DNA of 64,000 nt, from NCBI RefSeq assembly GCF_006345805.1, contig NC_042997.1:82894001-82958000 (forward strand). The letters are read 5' to 3'. This document shows, one piece after another, positions 54,411-64,000 of this stretch (the stretch's first letter is position 1; every line of letters starts with the position of its first letter). The DNA comes from Octopus sinensis. Taxonomy: Eukaryota. The translations under genes and the position numbers were made by a program. The notes under the pieces are model-generated. The model was not told where the DNA came from and did no database searches. It saw only the letters and a program-made list of their open reading frames with translations.

Positions 54411-55432
54411 TCAACCACCCCACAAATACCTTTGTATAATAAAATATATTTATTGAGGGACGAAAGCAAAATCGACTTCAGTAAAGTCCGAACATACAAT
54501 ACAGTGTAAGACATGTAATCTGATACTTGTTTATTTCTACCAAATTCGATGTTTCATTACGAGAACCGTTATTTATCGAACATAGTAAATGAGTCAAAAC
54601 TTATATCAATACTTGCTAAAAAGTAATTTTATACAAGAAGGAAGTCCACTGTAAAAGACTAGAGGGGAGACGAAACAAAATAGGGAAAAGTAATTACTTA
54701 GTTTCTGTCATTTTTGTGGCTTCTCATTTGTAAATATTGATTTTGCGCCAGTCAAAATATGTCCAAGTAGTAAAGCAAAATATTTAAACAAGAATGATTT
54801 CCTGAAGCCCTAATAATGAATTTATGAGGATACGTAAATTTATAAACTATAGGAGTCAACTATTAGATTTGCACTAATTATTCATATCGTGATGTATTCG
54901 TTGTCTTCGACAGGGGTAGCCCATGATAAATGTTGAGCATTCAGTACTGACCAATCTTCTCTTGCCATTTATCCTTATCCATGGATAGAGACCAATGATG
55001 AAAGAAAGGATACATTGGAGTATCGCTCATGCTGCTGTGTCCGCATCCACAATGTATTTGGACACAACTGTATTATGTTGTTCTATTTCTGCTGTTTACG
55101 GACGCTAGCTGTACAATAAATCCTTCAACATTTAAACCGGCCATATCTAGCCCAACAACCATTTGCAGTCTTTCCCATTGACCCTACAATGTTCCTTCCA
55201 AAATAAACAATTACATTAATGAAATTTCAAAGCTATGAGATAATGCATGATTAAATAAAAGTAAAATGCGAATAAATAAGCATTACATTTGGCAGAATAA
55301 TATAAATGCTAAGGGGTTAATGAACCATTTTACTCCTTAATAGATAGAGCTATTCATTATGATTAAAGTCTCTGATAAAAACATAATTGTTGTTAACATA
55401 CAGCTTCTCTGTAATTCAATGTATGTGATTGT

Positions 55433-55751
55433 TTCAGTGGTTAGAGCGTCGGGTTCACTGTCGTGAGGAAGTGAGTTCGATTCCCGGACCGGGCTGTGTG
55501 TTGTGTTCTTGAGCAAGATACTTTATTTCACGTTACTCCAGTTCACTCAACTGTAGAAATGAGTTGCGGCATTACTGGTGCCAAGCTGTATCGGCCTTTG
55601 CCTTTCTCTTGAATAACGTCGGCTGCGTAGAGAGAGGCGGCTAGTATGCATGGGCAACTGCTGGTCTTCCATGAACGACCTTGCCAGGACTTGTGCTTCG
55701 GAGGGTAACGTTCTAGGTGCAATCTCATGGTCAGTCATGACCGAAAGGGGT

Positions 55752-55753
<2 letters not shown>
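55433..55753 (+). mobile_element. SINE family B followed by (AG)n
   Basis: tcagtggttagagcgtcgg A box and gagttcgattccc B box; body matches 13397; (AG)n 55754-55836. Confidence 0.9.
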
Positions 55754-55838
<85 letters not shown>

Positions 55839-56744
55839 TTGTTTTTTAATCAACAGAACAGGTCTCCATCAGCATACCTTGTCAATTCCATAGTATTTCT
55901 GCCGTGGGGACATCTAAATTGCTATTTTTTTCCTTTTTGTTACCAATCATTTCCATTCATTCTCGGTCTTGGGCTTCTTTATTAAGCTCGGCGGCTCCGA
56001 TAGGTGTAGTATAAAATTTACTTTTACTATAACTTCCATTGAAGTCTTTTTAAGAACGAAATGATCCAGGTGATGCTCGTCTTTGCCCCTGGATATGGGT
56101 GACAGTGACTCTTTCAGGATCTCATGTACCTTTGACTGGTTTTACTTAAAATCCTAATGAATGCCTATACATACTCGTTATTGAGCAATCTCTGTAGGAG
56201 GCAAAATGTTTTCGTTTATGAACAGAAATTTATACTTGCGCATTAGGAGAACATTTTATTTCGCAGTTATTCTCAGTTTGTTTTGATTGTTGTAGTTGCA
56301 GTTTAGATCCAGATCAGCGCTGATTGAATAGATCTATGATGAAAGGTGTTTTGAACTGTAAACATTTCGTCTTTTACCAGACAATATATACCTGAGACTG
56401 TTTTTATCTAACATGTCCTTTTCTTTTAAGATAGTATGGTGTAATTTGAAGGAAATTTGGCTGCAACTTCTAGTAGGATGTGTGACCACGTAGAAGATCC
56501 CTATTGGCTTGAGTTCTTAGTAGTTCAGAAAAGAAGGCTAAAAATTGACATGCACTATAGGATAAAGGTGGAGTTGCTTTGATAAAAGGTTACTGTATTA
56601 CGAGTTGGGAATATCATCTTCATATCAGCAGCTGTTAGAAAATATGAAAGCTTTATTTGTAATGCCATAAAAATCATTACAGAGTAAAAGTAAATATCTC
56701 TTGAGGATATTTGCTTTTATCAAAACAACCATCTTGGATTTGCA

Positions 56745-57090
56745 GAGATAGATGAATCTGAGACGATTAATATCGCTCTTAAACAGTTGTAAGTTTACAG
56801 GGCTGGGAGAAATTCTGAGGAAGAAGAACTGTGTGTAGTAGTTAGGGGGAGGATATGTCACCCATTCTGTGTCTCCTGGAATGGACACGGTATGGGCGAC
56901 GAGGCGAGTAGAGACGACTGAGCAAGGAGTACTTGAGCAGAAATAATACGAGGCTAGCCAGTTCTGAGGAGCAGAGGCAAGTTTGGTAGCAGCGCTTTTG
57001 TGTACCAGAAGTTGAACTGTGCTAGTGACCGAATTTATGCATAATTGTCGAGTGGTTTTCCTTTAGATGCCGTCTAGTATGTCTGTATGT
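56745..57090 (-). mobile_element. CR1/L2-group LINE 3' fragment
   Basis: Minus strand ILDGI, CSSELAS, HTVSIP, NLQLFKSDINRL. Confidence 0.6.
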
Positions 57091-59107
57091 ATAGTAAATT
57101 GACAGAAGAATACATTTCTTTCTAAGTTTCATGTTTAAACACAGTTATTGTTTACAAGAAGAAATCGAGGGAAAGGAGAGATATTGTGTAAATGAGGAAA
57201 CATAAAAAAAAGACGATAGAAAGTGAGTGGCATATGTTACTGCCACATTTTATTCTCTTTCGTATGTCTTCTCTCTATATATCTGTTTAATTTATAAATG
57301 TAAAAATGTGTTTTTAAAGTGATATTCTCAGTCTTCTTACCAACGTCACTAAGAGATTTACACATTTAAAAAAATTTCTTTTAGTATTTCTCGTCTATCA
57401 TTCAACTTATCTGGTATTCGGAACTTTATTGTTTTAGTGAAGCAGGCATATGGTAGAATCATTAGATGGTTGGGTAGAAAGCCTGTCTAGAACAGTATTG
57501 CTGTTGGTTCTCTGTGTCCTGAGTTCAAATTTCGCTAATATTACCTTTGCCAAATATCTTTTGGAATTAATGAAGTGCCAAAACAATGATCTATACTATC
57601 TCCCCTTCTCTCTCTCCCATTCTCTCTCCCTTTTCTCACTCTCTTTGTGCTTGTAATTAAACCTTGTCACATTGTGTTACACTGATACGGCCCGAGAATT
57701 AAGGGTATGCAGTATTATACATTAATGTAACGTATACTAAATTCTCATAGTCAATACCTATAGAAAATCCTCAGCTTCTCTTTAAGTGAATCACAAATTA
57801 AATAAAGTTTATATATGAAAGTATCTTGTTTAATTAGTCTTCTGTGAATTGACAGATTGCAGTCACTTAATTGTAACTTATGACACTGATGTGATGTTTT
57901 CAACCCCGTGGTGGCCCTATCCAGTAGGTCGAAGGCAGTCCAGTCACGACCATCCTGACTGTTTTCAAACATGGTGTATACTATTTCAGGCAAAGTGTGC
58001 ATTATTTAATGTGTCATTTGCTTTTAAAACGGTAGAGTGTGGTTTCAGAGATTTTGCAGTTATTCCAACAAGTTGCTCAATCGATTATGCGAGGCCCCCT
58101 CAGGCTCTCACTTAAGATCAATAATGATATTTTTTAAAAAGGAATAAAATCTTTTTTTATTATGACATGAAGGAGTACAGCGGGCTGATATATATATATA
58201 TCGACTATATTGGCAATTATGACATTACTATACGTTACGAATTTGAATTGTATAAAGCAACCACATCGGCTCCATTTTGTCTTTGTAAAAAGCAGGGGTT
58301 CTTTTTATGTTGGAAAGTTACAATGAAATTAATTACCGCCTGATGAGGCTGCCTTTCAAAAGAAAATAGTTATACTGCCAAACCTTTTATTTCATTAAAT
58401 ATAATTAGTTCCAAAAGCTTTAACAAAATGTAAAACAGTAGGTTTGGAATGAACACAGTTCTTTGAATCTCTGTTTTAGACGCAATTCTAATTACTTTAA
58501 GCAAATAATTACAAACCTATATAAAGCAATATAATAATACGTTTCTAAGATTCACAATTGGTGAAAAAGAGGCTTTAAATAAAATTTAATCAACAGAAGT
58601 ACATTTCAGCAAAATGATTTCCTCTCTCGAATATTGTGTTTCTTTTAGAAAACTGCATTTAGCTGTTTAGAAAGTCACTATTGTCTCAATTTGGTCTTGA
58701 TCATCCATTCTAAGGACTACACAATCATAGAGTCTTCTTTTAAGTACAAGGTCAGTTTCTGTAGGAAAGCTACGTAATATCCAACCATTATCGGAGTCAT
58801 TTCCCTCCTTCACTTGACACCTCATCCCTCATACACCGAACTCTACGCCCTGTACGCTCTAAATGTTAATATTCACACTATAAATAATGTTAACAAAAAC
58901 AATTTCAGAGAACAATAAACTCCAAGCTTCTTTAGAAATAGATGTCCTCATACCGCTCCCATCAAGTTAACGGAGAAACCTGATCATGATTGCTTGATCT
59001 GCTAGTAATAGCAATCAAATTTCCTCAAATCAAACCTATAACGTCATAAAAAAAAAGACACGTTGAATGATATAGACCTTGGTCTGTTTGATAAATTAGA
59101 GCTGAGT

Positions 59108-59154
<47 letters not shown>

Positions 59155-61769
59155 CAAACTTAACAACAACAGCTGTAGTAGCGATAGCAGCACTTCTAAA
59201 CTAGATGAATTGTAGCCATTTTGACTGCGACAACAGTAATTAAATATATTTCAGGATATTTTTGTTTGGGTTATGTTGCTGTTGCTGTTAAGTCCTAGGT
59301 TAATACTGATAGAACAAATCTGTGATAAAAGGCATCCTAATCATGACCATTCTGTTTTTTAGGGGTATGTGAAACTATATTATCTAATGTAATGTTTTCT
59401 TTTTCCAGACAATAAGGTGTCATTAGAAGAGATTCTACTGATATTTCTACAAGGTCTATCGACCACATGGATGCTCTCTCACGCTCGTATTAGTATAATG
59501 TTCACCTTGGTGACAGGAAAGACAAAGCGATAAAGGAATCGGTTAAGACACGAACAACTTGCACACCACACACTTTCATATATCTTACAAGGATTAAAGG
59601 AAAAATGTGTGACGTTCACACCTTTTTTAAAAGGTTTAATTAGCAACAGGTATATGGAGTGGGACCAGAAGCATACACCATTGTACTCACACATTAGCCA
59701 GAGTTACTTCGTCATTAATATTAACATCAATCAGATAAGTGAAACAGTTAGAAAACATTTTAACACGTAGTCCTACTTCTGAATATTGGATGCTATTTTG
59801 TTATTTCCATTGCTATTATAGTATTCGGCAGCATAGATTGATAACGAGTTTGATTACTTAACAATCTTACAGATAAACAGCTATTTTTCAACGTATCTCT
59901 TCTTTAGCATTCTATTTCATGATGTTCGAATCGAAAATCATTATAGTGCTTAGCTTTCTTCAGGCAAAATTGTTAACGGAAACGTGTGATTTACATTTAA
60001 TTTCTCTTAGTGTATGCTGGCATGAAGTAACCTTAAAGACGGGAAATATAGGTCCTAACGAAATGCCACGATGCCTTTATCTCTTTATTATTTATTTATT
60101 TTGATATGAAAGGAGATAACATGAAGTAAAATGTTAAGCATGCGAGCACATATTTCTGTTTGCGTGTGAGCGTATTTGTGTATGTGTGCGTGTTTGTATG
60201 TGTTTGTGCGTGCGTGTGCATGTGTGTGTTGCCTGCGTATATATATATATATACGTACATACACATATGCATAACAAATATACGCACATAAACACTCACA
60301 TATATCAGGTTTTGCTACTAACACATTCTCAGGTTTTGCTACTAACACATTGAGATTTTAATCTGTTACACTGTTTCTGAGAATTTTTTAAACACCGTAT
60401 GGGGAACCTGATGATAAAGATGTCACAGACCGACCTCTCTGTGAATAATTTATTTTTATGATGCTTAAAACACCACGTCAACTCTGACCAAGCGGCTCTA
60501 TCAGCTGGGATTATGCATGTATCTGAACAACCCAAATGAAAACGCTCTGGTTTAAGAGGCTCTATGAGCTCGTGGGGGGGGGGGGGGGCGTTATTAGTCC
60601 GAATAAAGATACTCTATCAGTCCATATCAAGGATTTTCATTCAGCCCGGATAAAGAAGCCTTATTAGCTTCTTTAGATTAGATTATTAGATTAAGGGGCT
60701 TTTCCTGCCTAGATGAACTGGTTCTATAAAACATGATCGAGATCATATCAACCCTGATCAAGAAGCTCTATCAACTCCGATGAAAAGGATTCTCTTTAGC
60801 AAGTTTTGAGCTCAGCACTGAAATTCAATGAGACACTCGTTAATTTTATCTAGATACTGCCTGTCACAGCCGAATGGTGAAGCTTCTACATCAGAGGCAT
60901 GTAATCTGTTGCTCACGAGTGAAATTCACTCGCATTTCAATATGAAACCATGTTTAAGTTCTTTTAAATCCCTGTATGACAAAAGAAAGTTTAAACATTA
61001 AGATCAGCACACTAACTTTATGTTACATACCTATCAATATGTAAAATGAAAGATTAATTATTCTTTTAAGTACAGATGTGTTTCCCCACAGTTGAAAATA
61101 GTTCTTAATACTTAAAATGGTTCTCTATCTTTGCTCAACATGGCCTCCTTGAAATGGCAGCCAAACCTCATTCAAGCCACTATTTACACACTGGATAATG
61201 TAGTCCCGCATATAATGTAACCCTCCTCTACACACCCTAACAAGAAAAAATACGTTTCACGAGTTAAGCTTTTCATCATAGATCTACGTGAACAGAATTG
61301 ACTTGAAACAAACGACAGCAATCTACTTTGTTACATGTAGATCATATATGTATGTATGTATATACACTGTATGTATGTATGTATGTATGTATGTATGTAT
61401 GTATGTATGTATGTATGTATGTATGTATGTATGTATGTATGTATGTATGTATGTATGTATGTATGTATGTATGTACACTGTATGTATGTATTATGTATGT
61501 ATGTATGTATGTATGTATGTATTATGTACGTGTTTGTGTGAAGTGATATGGGTGAGTGCGTTAGATACAGGACTACTTCTCCGTGGACCATCAGTTCCAA
61601 TCCACTGCCAAAGCGTTTTGTTGAACTTCTCAATGAGGAGACTTTACTCTAGATTACCCCAGGATACGTTAAGTATCGCGAATGCGTATGATTTCACATT
61701 ATTTGGGAAACCTAAAACAAATTCTCATTATTTCCTTTCAGGAGATAGGAAACCAACACACACAAACAT

Positions 61770-61840
<71 letters not shown>

Positions 61841-62162
61841 ATCGCACGCGCGCGTACAAATATACATACATATATATATATTCACACACATACATATATG
61901 TTTGTATATATGTAAATACATCTGAAAGAAAGAGCTACCAAAATGATAAGATTATTCTCAGTTACTATTGAGAATTTCGCGTATGTATACCCTGATTGCA
62001 TAGTATGGATGTACTAACGGGAGAAAACACATCATTAGTTACATGTAACAAAGTTTTGTTATTCGTTTCGAGCACCAAAGAAATGTCGCTTGAAAGGATA
62101 TACAAAGACGACAAGCTCGGAGTAGTAGAAACGGACTGAATTATCAACAAATAGTATATATA

Positions 62163-62289
<127 letters not shown>

Positions 62290-62587
62290 TTTAAGATATA
62301 TCTTGCAGTTGCTCTTGGATGTATCGTCAAGGATGTTTCTGGGTTTCGGTGTGTTTCGGATCTTTCAGCATCAGAGTCTCCACCGTCAAGTTGATCCAAC
62401 TCGGATTGATCGAGTAATAGTTGAGCACTGGGGTCCATGCTATCATCGGCAGTTTAAAATTTACCGAGATCAACTTTGCCTTTCATCATTTCGGGATCAT
62501 TCAAGTACTGGGGTCGATGTGATCGACTTATCCCTTCCCCACAAATTTCAGGCCTTGTGCCTATAGTAGAAAGGATTATTATTTTAT

Positions 62588-63413
<826 letters not shown>

Positions 63414-63750
63414 TGGTTAGGGTGTTGCACACTCGATCTAGCGATCGTGATTTCAATCCCTTGACTGGGTGGACGTTGCGTTCTCGAGCACATTTCATTT
63501 CACGATGCTCTGCTATCACTTCGACATCTGACGGGTGGCACATTGTGTATCTGTTCAGACAACATCATTTTGATGGAGAGAGTAAGCTAACGTGCGGCAC
63601 GAACATTTGATCACTTTAAACAAATCACTTGTGCAGGTCGTTCGGCAAAATCAAAGCGATCGATAAAATAAGTACCAGTTCAACACTAGGGCCGATGTAA
63701 TCGACTCATCCCCTTCCCTTAAACTGTGGAAAAATTTGAAACCATTATTA

Positions 63751-63798
<48 letters not shown>

Positions 63799-63823
63799 TA
63801 TTATTATTATTATTATTATTATT

Positions 63824-64000
63824 GAGGCAGCGAGCTGGCAGAATCGTTAACACTCCGCAAGAAATATTTAGCGGCATTTCGTTTGCCGCTACATTTTGAG
63901 TTCAAATTCCGCCGAGGTCGACTTTGCCTTTCATCCTTTTCTGGTCGATAAATTAAGCACCAGTCAAGTATTGGGGTCGATGTGATCGATTGTCCCCCTC
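63824..64000 (+). mobile_element. SINE family C running off the window end
   Basis: gaggcagcgagctggcagaatcgtt head and ttcaaattccgccgaggtcgactttgcc core. Confidence 0.85.

Noticed and set aside
57751-58002. 83-aa minus-strand ORF as a possible host exon
   Set aside because: No recognisable domain, no polypyrimidine acceptor and no convincing donor site.
58335-58386. CTGATGA-GGC...GCC-AAAA-CC
   Set aside because: G12 is mutated and the motif is truncated before helix III and helix I.
60490-60775. Recurring gctctatca-like motif at irregular spacing
   Set aside because: Too degenerate to separate from a decayed minisatellite or transposon subterminal repeats.

Overview
Repeat-saturated, AT-rich animal genomic DNA, most likely octopus (inferred from the tRNA-derived SINE families and the very long (TA)n/(CA)n/(ATT)n tracts). 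I found no host-gene exon I can support; most ORFs in the supplied track are microsatellite read-through. The window is a transposon graveyard: about 30 SINE copies in three families; a full-length but broken mariner; a DD37E (TRT-like) Tc1; hAT and pogo relics; two MITE/foldback elements; CR1/L2-, Tx1- and RTE-type LINE relics; and two Penelope-like (PLE) fragments. The main result is a dense set of type I hammerhead ribozyme (HHR) motifs. Three have an intact or known-variant core with a full helix I (158-271, 14275-14362, 13037-13078) and about ten more are variant or decayed. One group has a 56-83 nt hairpin in place of the usual short helix II, plus a palindromic helix III. A second group carries the compensatory U3-A8 core (UUGANAA). 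Several sit inside direct or inverted repeats, as expected for PLE pseudo-LTRs or retrozyme-like non-autonomous elements. Folds were paired by eye; no activity, database search or expression evidence is available.
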